From the NCBI GenBank assembly GCA_049692125.1, contig JBAVOO010000088.1, positions 2,333-66,332 of the forward strand: a DNA stretch of 64,000 nucleotides. Direction: 5' to 3'. Positions 17,684 to 26,664 of this stretch are shown here, piece after piece. The first letter of the stretch is position 1, and each line of letters begins with the position of its first letter. Both the position numbers and the translations under genes were made by a program. This DNA is from Verrucomicrobiia bacterium. Its GTDB lineage: Bacteria; Verrucomicrobiota; Verrucomicrobiia; Limisphaerales; UBA11358. A model generated the notes under the pieces. That model searched no databases and was not told the origin of the DNA. It worked only from the letters and a program-made list of their open reading frames with translations.

Positions 17684-17701
17684 GTTTTTCAGTCCGGCCT
17701 T

Positions 17702-19141
17702 TCATCCCGCAATTCTCCCCAGCGCCCCGGCAATGGCCGGCACCTGCTCGTCCGTGATGGTCCGCACATCCAACAAAACCCGCTCGTGTTCGATGCGTCC
17801 AAAGACACAAGCCCGGTCCAGTCGAAGCGCCCGTGCCAGATTCGCGGCTTTCATGCCGGGCAGGCTGACGCTCACCACGAAGCTGGGAATGGCCTCCTCC
17901 GGCAACGAACCGCTGCCCAGATAGGACTGGCTGGTGTGAATGTTCGCCTTCGCTCGCGGCGCTTTCTCCCGGATGGCTTGGGCCAACGCCTCGGCGCGTC
18001 GCTGGAGTGCGTCAGGTGGCGTGGTCATCATGCGATAAGTCGGATGCTCGCGGCGGAGCAGTTCGGGATCACGGAACAGGTGCAAGGTGCGCTCCAGGAC
18101 CATGATGCAGGTCTTGTCCACGCGCAACGCCCGCATCAACGGATGCTTCCGGATCCTGGCAATCGCCTCCTTGCGGCCGACGATGATGCCGCTCTGGTTG
18201 GCGCCGATCAGCTTGTCGGCGCTGAACAAGACCACGTCCGCCCCGGCTTCGATGGATTCGCGGACGGTCGGTTCATGCGGCAATCCGAACTGGCGCAAAT
18301 CCAGCAAAGCGCCCGCTCCGAGATCGTCAATCAAAAGCAAACCCTTGCTGTGCGCTAGTTCGGCCAGCTCGGCCAGTGGCACTTCGCTGGTGAAGCCGAC
18401 GACGCGATAGTTGCTCGGATGCACGCGCATGAGCGCGGCGGTCTTCTCGGTAATGGCGTTGCGATAATCCTTGAGGTGCGTCCGGTTGGTGGTGCCCACT
18501 TCGACCAGCCGCGCCCGGCTTTGCGCCATCACATCGGGCAGCCGGAATGAACCGCCGATCTCGATGAGCTGGCCGCGCGAAATGACGACTTCGCGGCGCG
18601 CCGCGAGCGCGGCCAGGACCAGCAGCGTGGCGCCGGCATTGTTGTTGACGACCGTCGCCGCTTCCGCGCCGGTGAGTTCGGTGAGCAGGGGTTCGACCAG
18701 TTCGTCCCGCTCGATGCGTTCGCCCGAATCGCGATCCACGGCCAGGTTCACGTAACCCTTCAAGCCGGAAATCATCGAATCCACGACGCTGCCCGGAAAG
18801 ACCGCCCGGCCCAAGCCGGTGTGGAGAATGATGCCGGTGGCGTTGATGGCTTCGCGCACGCGCGGCTCGACGGCCTGTTGCAGCAATTCGTTGGCGTGGC
18901 TCAACACCGCGTCGGCGGTGATGTGTTGCGCACCGCACCGACCTGCGGCGTCATCGAGAATTTGTTGTCGCAGACCAGCGAGGGCGCGGCGCAGACAATC
19001 GGTGACGAGCGACTGGGGGTGTTGTTGAAGCCAGCCGGCGACGGTCTCGCTCTTCAGCAATTCAGTGACGGAGGGGAGATTCCGGAGCAGCTCCTGTTTT
19101 GGGTCCGACATAATCTTTGCCTGGCGCGGTGCCCATTTCAT
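17702..19141 (-). CDS. selA: L-seryl-tRNA(Sec) selenium transferase SelA
   Basis: INATGIILHTGLGRA and the PLP-lysine region FSADKLIGANQSGIIVG. The start may be 19108 (MSDPKQELLRNLPSV). Confidence 0.9.
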   Translation of the reverse strand: MKWAPRQAKIMSDPKQELLRNLPSVTELLKSETVAGWLQQHPQSLVTDCLRRALAGLRQQILDDAAGRCGAQHITADAVLSHANELLQQAVEPRVREAINATGIILHTGLGRAVFPGSVVDSMISGLKGYVNLAVDRDSGERIERDELVEPLLTELTGAEAATVVNNNAGATLLVLAALAARREVVISRGQLIEIGGSFRLPDVMAQSRARLVEVGTTNRTHLKDYRNAITEKTAALMRVHPSNYRVVGFTSEVPLAELAELAHSKGLLLIDDLGAGALLDLRQFGLPHEPTVRESIEAGADVVLFSADKLIGANQSGIIVGRKEAIARIRKHPLMRALRVDKTCIMVLERTLHLFRDPELLRREHPTYRMMTTPPDALQRRAEALAQAIREKAPRAKANIHTSQSYLGSGSLPEEAIPSFVVSVSLPGMKAANLARALRLDRACVFGRIEHERVLLDVRTITDEQVPAIAGALGRIAG

Positions 19142-19311
19142 GTGGGCACGACGTTGACAGGATGACTTCCCTGTCCTGCCAGGTCAACCTTGCGAGTGCC
19201 AAAGCGCTGGCTGGCAAAGCCGTCACCGTCAAGGTCCAGTTCGATCCGGCACCGATGGAGGCGAACGGCAAAACGATTGAAGCCCGGCTCCCGGCTGGGG
19301 GAGCAGACGCT

Positions 19312-20100
19312 TCAAAGCCCTCCCGGCCGTCGAGACGGCCCGGCGAGAATGGCCGCACCCAGCGCGCCGGTGAATTGCGGTTGCGGGGCGACGTGGACGG
19401 GACAAGCCAAAACTTCCTCCAGGGCGCGGGCCATGCCGGCCTGCAACGCGACGCCGCCGGTAAAATAAACCGGCGGCGAAACGAACCGGCCGGCCAGCGC
19501 CGAAACGCGCGTGGCGATGGAATTTTGCACGCCGGCCACCACGTCCGGCAGGGGCTTGCCTTCGGCCAGCAGACCGATGATTTCCGTCTCGGCGAACACC
19601 ACGCACATGTTGCTGATGAGCGCGGGTTTTTTGCTTTGGCGCGCCACTTCCGCCAGCTTTTCCCAATTCAGGTCCAGCCGTGTCGCAACCATTTCCAGAA
19701 AACGTCCGGTGCCCGCGGCGCAGCGGTCGTTCATCGCAAAATCGCGGACCCGCCCGCCGTCTTCGAGACTGATGACCTTGCTGTCCTGTCCGCCGATTTC
19801 AATGATCGTGCGCGCGTCGGGAGCCACGTGATGCACTCCGCGCGCATGGCACGTAATCTCGGTGATGGTGGTGTCGGCGAAATGGACGGTGTTGCGTCCG
19901 TAGCCGGTGGCCACCACGCCGGAGATCTGCGACCGCTCCAGTCCCGCATCCTTCAAGAGTTTTTCAAAAAGTTCCGCCGCCAGCCGTTCCTGTTCCACGC
20001 CCTGGTCGGTCAGGCCGGAAGCGAGAACTTGCATCCGGTCGGTGTCAAACAACACCGCCTTGATGGAGCGCGAACCCGCGTCTATGCCGGCGCAAATCAT
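19312..20100 (-). CDS. BcrAD/BadFG-type ATPase (acyl-CoA dehydratase / DCCP activase, HgdC-like)
   Basis: MICAGIDAGSRSIKAVLFD, GYGR, IIEIGGQDSK and the CAAGTGRFLE cluster-binding motif. Confidence 0.85.
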   Translation of the reverse strand: MICAGIDAGSRSIKAVLFDTDRMQVLASGLTDQGVEQERLAAELFEKLLKDAGLERSQISGVVATGYGRNTVHFADTTITEITCHARGVHHVAPDARTIIEIGGQDSKVISLEDGGRVRDFAMNDRCAAGTGRFLEMVATRLDLNWEKLAEVARQSKKPALISNMCVVFAETEIIGLLAEGKPLPDVVAGVQNSIATRVSALAGRFVSPPVYFTGGVALQAGMARALEEVLACPVHVAPQPQFTGALGAAILAGPSRRPGGL

Positions 20101-21482
20101 TTGGTTCTCCTGGCCTTCGCGGTTTCAATGAGTGCCTGCAACCGCGAGCCGAGGGTCGGCAGCATGGCATCACATACCGGCGGAATTTCAAGTTCGATTG
20201 CGGGAATTCCGATTTTTCGCCGCACGATTTCGAGGATGATTTCCCCCTCGCGGGCGCAGTGGCTAGCACCGGGAATGCGCGAGACGACCACGGCCCCGGC
20301 GTGGCTGGCCTGACATTCGCGGACGATGCGCCCGGCACGGTCGGCCGTCGGGCCGACCATCGGATCGGCCAGTGCGGTGCGGGCCAGCGCTTCCAGCGGC
20401 GGCAGATTTTCGGGAATCAAATCCAGTGTGTGCGTGAACATGTAATCCGAACCGCAAATGCGCCCGCCGAGTTCCTCCAGCAGGTTCATCGCGCGCAAAT
20501 CCGCGACCGGATTCACCCAGAAAACCCGCACGGCGTCGGCGCCGATGACAAACTGGTTTTGCCTGACGCGCGATTGAGCCTCGGCCAGCAAGTCCTCAAG
20601 CACGGCGACGGTTTCCCCGCGGTCGGAGCAGAAATGAATCGCGAGCATTTCCGCCACGAGCATTTCCAGGGCGGGCAAGGGAGCGGCGGGTGCGGAATAA
20701 ACGGTCCGGCGCAATGTGTCCAGCAGCCGGCGCGCTTGATTCGCCGCGCGGATGCCCGCTGCCAGGCGGCCGTCGTCCAAAGTTTTTCCGGCCAGTTCAC
20801 CCAGTGCCTGGCCGACGCGCTGCAATTCGGCCCGCACACATTCCACCTGGATTTTCGGCGCGGCAAGATTGCCCGGCAGCGCACAAGCGGCTTCCCCGGG
20901 CGCTGGGGAACGGCGGCGCGGGATTTCCCACCAAAAAATGGAATGTCCGAGATGTTCCAGCCGCTGCGCGATGGCTGAAAAATCGTCGCAGACCGCGCCG
21001 GTGCTGCAAATTAGCAAATCCGGCCGCGGAAAATGTTCGCCATTCTCGAAGGCCGGCAGCATTGCGCGCACCGGACAAAACGAGGCGTCCATGCCCATCG
21101 CTTCCGCCTGCTGGAGCAGCTTGTCGCCGCATTCCATGAGACACGGCGTCCACCACGCGCCGTCCGGATAAAACGCCCGCACACCGGGCAGGGAATAGGC
21201 CATGACGGGGACCGTGCCGAGGTCTTTCATCGTGCCGACAATTTTGTCGCCGCTGGCGCGGGCCTGGTGCAACCGCTCGTTTTCCGTCAGCAGAAAATTC
21301 CAGAGGCGCAGCGCGGCGGGCGAGTTGTCGAACTGCAATTGCTCCAGCCGGAAATCTTTTTCGCGGACGACATGACGCCGCAGCGGCCCGCTATAACCGG
21401 TTTCGCGCAGGCCGTCCCGCCGGAGTTGCTCGTAGCGGTCGTCCCACTCGTCCAGATTCAACTTGCGCGGCGAAGTGTTCAT
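20097..21482 (-). CDS. 2-hydroxyacyl-CoA dehydratase family protein (large subunit-like)
   Basis: HgdA/HgdB/BcrB-family look (GTMKDLGTVPVMAY, SFCPVRAML, ICSTGAVCDDF). 4-nt overlaps with both neighbouring genes. Confidence 0.7.
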   Translation of the reverse strand: MNTSPRKLNLDEWDDRYEQLRRDGLRETGYSGPLRRHVVREKDFRLEQLQFDNSPAALRLWNFLLTENERLHQARASGDKIVGTMKDLGTVPVMAYSLPGVRAFYPDGAWWTPCLMECGDKLLQQAEAMGMDASFCPVRAMLPAFENGEHFPRPDLLICSTGAVCDDFSAIAQRLEHLGHSIFWWEIPRRRSPAPGEAACALPGNLAAPKIQVECVRAELQRVGQALGELAGKTLDDGRLAAGIRAANQARRLLDTLRRTVYSAPAAPLPALEMLVAEMLAIHFCSDRGETVAVLEDLLAEAQSRVRQNQFVIGADAVRVFWVNPVADLRAMNLLEELGGRICGSDYMFTHTLDLIPENLPPLEALARTALADPMVGPTADRAGRIVRECQASHAGAVVVSRIPGASHCAREGEIILEIVRRKIGIPAIELEIPPVCDAMLPTLGSRLQALIETAKARRTK

Positions 21483-22447
21483 CTGAGCGTTTCCACAAAA
21501 GCTTGGAGGCGGTTGAACTCGCGCGGTGCGGCGCCCGGTTCTCCGCCGGCTTCAAGCAGCAAAACCGGCAGGCCGAAAGATTCGCGCAAGGTCTGCGCCT
21601 CGGCGCGCCACAGATCGCAGCCGGTGAAAAGCCAGAGCACGATGCCGCGCACGTGGCGGGATGCCAGCCGCGGCTTCAGCCACGAATAAAGCCGCGTATT
21701 CGGCCGCTGGAACACGTCAACGATGTTGTCGCAACAGCCTTGGACGAGCACGTCGAATGGATGGTTTGCGCCAGTTTCAATTTCAAACGCCGGGGACAGG
21801 CTGCGCTCGCCGGTTTCGGTCGCGTTCAGCACGACACGTCCGCCAACGGCCTCGATTTCGTCCAGCACTTTCCAGTGCGGCGCGAGAAACGGCCCGCCGA
21901 CCAGGGCGAGCGGAATTTGATTTGCCGGCGCGGCCGGCGGCGGCGGTGAAAAAGCGCCGTCCCAATGAAATCGCGCCACGGCTTCGGCAAATCCGCGCGG
22001 AGAACCGGCTGACGCCGATTGGAGCAAACGTTTTCGCGTCCGGCTGGATTGTAACATTTCCTGCCACAACTCTTCGGGCGATGGCGCCCGGCCGCCGATG
22101 GCCAGGAGAAATTGTCCCAGCCGTTCCAATTCGGAGCGGAATATCTGCCCGGCCGCCGCCGTCTGCCACGTTGCCGGCAGGTTGAACAAAAACGCGCGGC
22201 GCTGTCCGCGGAGAATCGCCACGTCAAAGCCGCGCCGCAACTGGTCGCAGGCCGTTGAAAAAATCACGGCGGAATCCGTCTGCGCCCCGGCAAACCGGAC
22301 TGCGGCCTCCGCAAACGCGCAAACGCCGGCGGAAAGCGGCCACGCGCCGGTCTGGAAATTTTCCGCCGACCAGATCCCGCGCGGTTGCAACCCGTGCGCC
22401 CGGACCCATTCGGCGGGAATCCACGGGCTGGTGAGGAACACGTCCAT
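21479..22447 (-). CDS. 2-hydroxyacyl-CoA dehydratase family protein (small subunit-like)
   Basis: Family-like layout (IFSTACDQLRRGFD, LWLFTGCDLW). Translationally coupled to its neighbours. Confidence 0.6.
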   Translation of the reverse strand: MDVFLTSPWIPAEWVRAHGLQPRGIWSAENFQTGAWPLSAGVCAFAEAAVRFAGAQTDSAVIFSTACDQLRRGFDVAILRGQRRAFLFNLPATWQTAAAGQIFRSELERLGQFLLAIGGRAPSPEELWQEMLQSSRTRKRLLQSASAGSPRGFAEAVARFHWDGAFSPPPPAAPANQIPLALVGGPFLAPHWKVLDEIEAVGGRVVLNATETGERSLSPAFEIETGANHPFDVLVQGCCDNIVDVFQRPNTRLYSWLKPRLASRHVRGIVLWLFTGCDLWRAEAQTLRESFGLPVLLLEAGGEPGAAPREFNRLQAFVETLR

Positions 22448-22461
22448 TTTACGCGCCGGTT

Positions 22462-23268
22462 TTACCGGGTTTTTTCCGCGACGATGAGACCCTGGATGAT
22501 TTTTCCGGCTTGGGCGAGCGATTGAACAAAACGCATTTCCCCGGTGAGGGTTTGCGCGAGGGCGGTGTCGAAGCCGATGATTTTCAGCGCGTCGAAGGTC
22601 AGTTGTTTTTCAATCATGTCGAGGTAAAGCGACACGCAGGCGGCGAAGCGTCCGGTATCCTGCGCGACCCGCACGGAGCAGCCGCTGGCTTCGAGCAGCG
22701 ACTGGTATTCGCCGGACGTGAGCACGTTGGGAAATTTCATGAAACCGAGATAACGAGCGGCCTCGTCACCGGTCAATCCAGCCGGGCCTTCCATCCAGTC
22801 GGTGAAAACAATTTTGCCCTGCGGTTTGATCAGCCGGGCCGCCTCGGCGATCAACTTCGCCTTGTCCTCAACGTAGCACCACGCGTCTTCGCCCCAAACG
22901 AAATCAAACCGGCCGGCTGGCAGGCCGGTCGCGCAGGCGTTGCCTTCGACGAATGAAATTTTTTCCGCGAGCCCTTCGTCAGCGCAGCGGCGGCGGCCCA
23001 GTTGCAGCACGGCGGGCGTGGCGTCCACGCCGGTCATGTGCGCCACGTTGAGGAAGCGCGCTAAAAACCTCATGCCCGCGCCGTTACAACAGCAGAGGTC
23101 AACACCCCGTGCGCCGGCGGCGATGCCGGCGCGCCGGGCGAGTTCCATCGAGGATTGGAAGCCGCCGAGGTGAATTTGTTCGCCCATGAGCAGTTCCCAG
23201 AGGCGGCCTTCCGGCCCGGAATAAACGGCTTGGACATCCGACAGGTGAATTTGGGGTGCTGATTTCAT
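22462..23268 (-). CDS. Class I SAM-dependent methyltransferase
   Basis: Motif I VDLCCCNGAGMRFLA, followed by GVDATP and FDFVWGEDAWCYV. Confidence 0.8.
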   Translation of the reverse strand: MKSAPQIHLSDVQAVYSGPEGRLWELLMGEQIHLGGFQSSMELARRAGIAAGARGVDLCCCNGAGMRFLARFLNVAHMTGVDATPAVLQLGRRRCADEGLAEKISFVEGNACATGLPAGRFDFVWGEDAWCYVEDKAKLIAEAARLIKPQGKIVFTDWMEGPAGLTGDEAARYLGFMKFPNVLTSGEYQSLLEASGCSVRVAQDTGRFAACVSLYLDMIEKQLTFDALKIIGFDTALAQTLTGEMRFVQSLAQAGKIIQGLIVAEKTR

Positions 23269-24473
23269 GGTGATTGTCTGCTGCGAATTGTCTCAAACAA
23301 AGCTTCGACGCGCGCCGAAATTCTCGCGGAGTCCGACGGCGAATAATCCGTCGTGATTTTCAGGTAGGGAAGATGAAGCTCCTCCTCGGCCAGTTTGCGG
23401 ACGTGGAATGATTCGATGTCGTAGGTGAGGCACGCCTGCCAGACCAGTTCGATGACGCAGTGCGGACGGAATTTCGCCGCGAGCGAGCGAAGCGTTTCGA
23501 AACGCCGGACGTTCGGCGTCATGACCGAACACGGCAGATGGTAGTATTTCCGGGCGATGGCGCACAGGGGATCCGGCTCGTCCAAATCCACATCATCGAG
23601 AATCGGTTTGAGGCCGGTGCAGTTTTCCATGGCGACCACCACCGCGCCGGCGGCTTCGATCAGTTCCAGCACGCGTTCCGCGCCGTGGACGATCGGCACG
23701 CCCGTCAGCAGGACGCGGATTTCTGACTTGTTCCGCTGGTTCGTCCTGGTTGGCTGTTGATTTGCATCGCCGCTAAAAACTTCAAGGGCGCGTTCATACT
23801 GCCGGAGATCCTCTTCGACGCCGGAAATGATGCTTTTGAACTCGATCAATTGCCGCCCCGTAAGCGGCGGCGGGTCACGCATCATCAGGGCGGCCAGTTG
23901 CCGCCGCAATCCGCGTTCACGATTCATCAGCCGGATGGCTTCGCGAAGCTTCTCATCGGTGATGTTCGTGTGGAAGCGCTGCTCCAGGTGTTCCTTGAGT
24001 TTCCGCACCTCGTGTGTCCAGCGTTCGAGCGCGTCGGGGTCATCGGCTTTCTGGGGCAGTTCGAGCACATACATCGGCTTCGTGGCGCCCATCAGCTCGA
24101 ACATCTTCTTCTTCCCATCGCAAGTCGTCTCGGCGACCACCAGGTCCGACCAGTTCAAAAATGGATTTGAGCCTTTGACGTGATACCCGAAGGTGGACTT
24201 GATCAGGGGGCACAGATTGGCCGGCAGATATTGTTCCGCCTCCGGAATGGTTGCCGCGGAGCCGCCGCACAGGCAGACCGGCACGGCGCCGGCGGCGAGG
24301 ATGATTTCGCGTGGCGTGAACTCGCACAGGATGCCCACGATCGGCCGGCCTTCAGCCTTGGCGGCTTCGGCGTAATCGTAGCAGTGGTCCATCATGCCGG
24401 CAAACCAGGCCAGCGGTTCCGGCAAAGCTTCTGCGCGCGCGGCGGGTGATTGACAGCAAGGATTATGTGCCAT
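23265..24473 (-). CDS. Double-cubane-cluster-type / 2-hydroxyacyl-CoA dehydratase D-component-like reductase
   Basis: ILCEFTPREIILAAGAVPVCLCGG, LCPLIKS, AETTCDGKKK and HLPCSVMTPN resemble the YjiM/DCCP family as I remember it. Confidence 0.6.
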   Translation of the reverse strand: MAHNPCCQSPAARAEALPEPLAWFAGMMDHCYDYAEAAKAEGRPIVGILCEFTPREIILAAGAVPVCLCGGSAATIPEAEQYLPANLCPLIKSTFGYHVKGSNPFLNWSDLVVAETTCDGKKKMFELMGATKPMYVLELPQKADDPDALERWTHEVRKLKEHLEQRFHTNITDEKLREAIRLMNRERGLRRQLAALMMRDPPPLTGRQLIEFKSIISGVEEDLRQYERALEVFSGDANQQPTRTNQRNKSEIRVLLTGVPIVHGAERVLELIEAAGAVVVAMENCTGLKPILDDVDLDEPDPLCAIARKYYHLPCSVMTPNVRRFETLRSLAAKFRPHCVIELVWQACLTYDIESFHVRKLAEEELHLPYLKITTDYSPSDSARISARVEALFETIRSRQSP

Positions 24474-24713
24474 AACGGCTGCTCATTGCCGGTGCATGGC
24501 CGCAAGCGGCTCACCGCGGTTCGGACCGCTCCGGATTGGATTCGCGTGGCGCATGGTGTGACCCGGTTAAGATTGGGCCGGCGGCTTTGTAGTTTTTGGG
24601 GGTGATTCTGTCAACCATTGTTGGCAAAAAGTTTCCGCGCCGCATCCGCGGTTCAGGATTGTTCCTGACCGGGTGCAGGATTGGGAAAAGGGATGCTAAC
24701 AGCCCGTTCAAAA

Positions 24714-24790
24714 TGTAGGAGCCGGGGTAACGAGGCTCAAATCTCTCCGGGAATTGGCGTCGGTTCAGGCCTCCTTACGTCGGATCCTAC
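24714..24790. repeat. R1 palindromic element
   Basis: tgtaggagccggggtaacgaggctc ... ggcctccttacgtcggatcctac. Confidence 0.85.
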
Positions 24791-24869
24791 TTTTTAAAAA
24801 GGCCGCCAAACCGGAAAATTATTTCTGGAAAGCGGCGGAGTTTTCCACCAATCTGTCTCCCGGTTAATT

Positions 24870-26126
24870 ATGGATGTTAAACTTCCCAAACTTGGAGAGG
24901 GCGCTGATTCAGGCGTCGTGGTCAATGTCTTCGTGAAGGAAGGCGACCAGGTCGCCAGGGATCAGGCCATCCTCGAATTGGAAAATGAAAAGGCCGTGGC
25001 TTCCATCCCGTCCACGGCCGCCGGTGTCGTCACAAAAATTTACGTCAAATCGGGCGACAAAATCAGCGTTGGCCAGCGCCTGCTCTCATTGAGCGGTGGT
25101 GAGCAGCCGGTTGCCGCCGCCGCGCCCGCCACGAAGCGGGCCGTGCCGGAGCCCGAAACGCCTGTGGAAGAACCGGCAGCCGGGGCCGGGGAGGAGATTC
25201 CGAAACCCGTGGCCGCGCCGGTCGCCTCGCCGTCGGTCCGCCGGCTCGCGCGCGAGCTGCGCATTGATTTGTCCAGGGTGCGCGGCAGCGAGGCGGGCGG
25301 ACGGATTGTCCTCGGCGATATCCGCGCCTACCTCGCGCGTTTGCAGAAGGCGACGGACAAACCCAAGGTTGCGGCCACGGCGCCGGCAAAACCGGCCGCC
25401 GAATCAATTGATTTTTCCAAATGGGGGCCGGTGACGAAGAAGCCGCTGACGCAACTGCGCCAGGTGATAGCGCGGCGCCTGTGGGAAAGCTGGAACGCCA
25501 TCCCGCACGTCACGCAGTTTGACGATGCCGATTTCACGCGGCTCAACGAGTTGCGGAGGAAATACGCGCCGGCTTATGAGAAAAAGGGCGCGAAGCTCAC
25601 GCTCACACCCCTTGTGCTCACGGCGCTGGTTGGGACGTTGAAAAAGCACCCGATTTTCAACTCCAGCCTTGATGAAGTTGCGCAGGAGGTTGTGTTCAAA
25701 GAATATTTTCACATCGGCATTGCGGTGGACACCGAGCAGGGCCTGATCGTGCCGGTCATCCGCGATGCGGACAGAAAGAGCGTGCTTGATTTGGCGAAGG
25801 AACTGGAGCAGCTCGCGCAGAAGGCGCGCGAGCGCAAGGTGACAGCGGAGGAGCTGAAAGGCGGCACGTTCACCATCACCAATCAGGGCGCCATCGGCGG
25901 CGCGCATTTCACGCCCATCATCAACAAACCGGAGGTGGCCATCCTCGGTCTCGGACGCGGCGCGATGAAACCGGTGGCGCGCGACGGCAAGGTCGAAGTA
26001 TGCATGATGACGCCATTAGGATTGTCCTATGATCATCGGGTAATTGACGGCGGCGAAGCAGCGCGGTTCATGGTGGATTTGGTGAAAGCGATGGAGGACT
26101 TTGGCGAGAAAGCAATAAAACTGTGA
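24870..26126 (+). CDS. 2-oxo acid dehydrogenase E2 component (dihydrolipoamide acyltransferase)
   Basis: Lipoyl domain (LELENEKAVASIPS), E3-binding SPSVRRLARELRIDL, and catalytic YDHRVIDG. Confidence 0.9.
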   Translation: MDVKLPKLGEGADSGVVVNVFVKEGDQVARDQAILELENEKAVASIPSTAAGVVTKIYVKSGDKISVGQRLLSLSGGEQPVAAAAPATKRAVPEPETPVEEPAAGAGEEIPKPVAAPVASPSVRRLARELRIDLSRVRGSEAGGRIVLGDIRAYLARLQKATDKPKVAATAPAKPAAESIDFSKWGPVTKKPLTQLRQVIARRLWESWNAIPHVTQFDDADFTRLNELRRKYAPAYEKKGAKLTLTPLVLTALVGTLKKHPIFNSSLDEVAQEVVFKEYFHIGIAVDTEQGLIVPVIRDADRKSVLDLAKELEQLAQKARERKVTAEELKGGTFTITNQGAIGGAHFTPIINKPEVAILGLGRGAMKPVARDGKVEVCMMTPLGLSYDHRVIDGGEAARFMVDLVKAMEDFGEKAIKL

Positions 26127-26128
26127 AC

Positions 26129-26168
26129 GGAGTAATGGAGTGGTGGAGTGGTGGAGTGGTGGAGTGAT
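26129..26168. repeat. R2 left arm: five tandem GGAGTNNT octamers
   Basis: ggagtaat ggagtggt ggagtggt ggagtggt ggagtgat, starting directly after the E2 stop. Confidence 0.85.
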
Positions 26169-26173
26169 GAGAT

Positions 26174-26620
26174 ATGGAAACGAATTATCGGAACAAAAAT
26201 CGCGGATATCAGCAACTGCGGATGTGGCAGGATGCGATTGATTTTTACGTTTCTTGTAGTCGTGTTTTCCAGACATGGCCTTACGATTTGCGACGTGTCG
26301 CGTCGCAGGGAATTGCTTCCGCGGATTCAGTGCATCGAAACATCGCCGAAGGTTATTGCCGCCGCTCCCTTCGTGAATATCTGCAATTTTTAAACTTTGC
26401 GCTCGGCTCATTGGGTGAAAGCGTTTCCGGCCTCATTGCTTATCGCAAGGCCGAGCAAATCAAACAAGACAGCTTCGATCAATTGAACAGCCTGGCCTTC
26501 AAACTTGGAAATGGTCTTTTGAAACTTGTTGAAAGCCTTGAACGCAAAGAAATGGCTGGCGATTGGATTGACCATCTTGTCCTAAAAGAGAGTAACATTG
26601 CCTACGGTGGCGCTGAATGA
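26174..26620 (+). CDS. Four-helix-bundle protein (23S rRNA intervening-sequence protein family)
   Basis: YQQLRMWQDAIDF...ASQGIASADSVHRNIAEGYCRRSLREYLQFLNFALGSLGES matches the S23p/IVS-protein family signature as I recall it. Confidence 0.8.
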   Translation: METNYRNKNRGYQQLRMWQDAIDFYVSCSRVFQTWPYDLRRVASQGIASADSVHRNIAEGYCRRSLREYLQFLNFALGSLGESVSGLIAYRKAEQIKQDSFDQLNSLAFKLGNGLLKLVESLERKEMAGDWIDHLVLKESNIAYGGAE

Positions 26621-26622
26621 AC

Positions 26623-26654
26623 AACACTCCATAACTCCAATACTCCATCACTCC
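26623..26654. repeat. R2 right arm: four inverted octamers (aacactcc ataactcc aatactcc atcactcc)
   Basis: Reverse complement of the GGAGTNNT units. It lies between the four-helix-bundle stop and the lpd start. Confidence 0.85.
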
Positions 26655-26664
26655 ATTTTTTCCT

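Noticed and set aside
26129-26168. Tandem octamers as a CRISPR array
   Set aside because: The repeat unit is only 8 nt with no spacers. It is the arm of the R2 inverted-repeat family.
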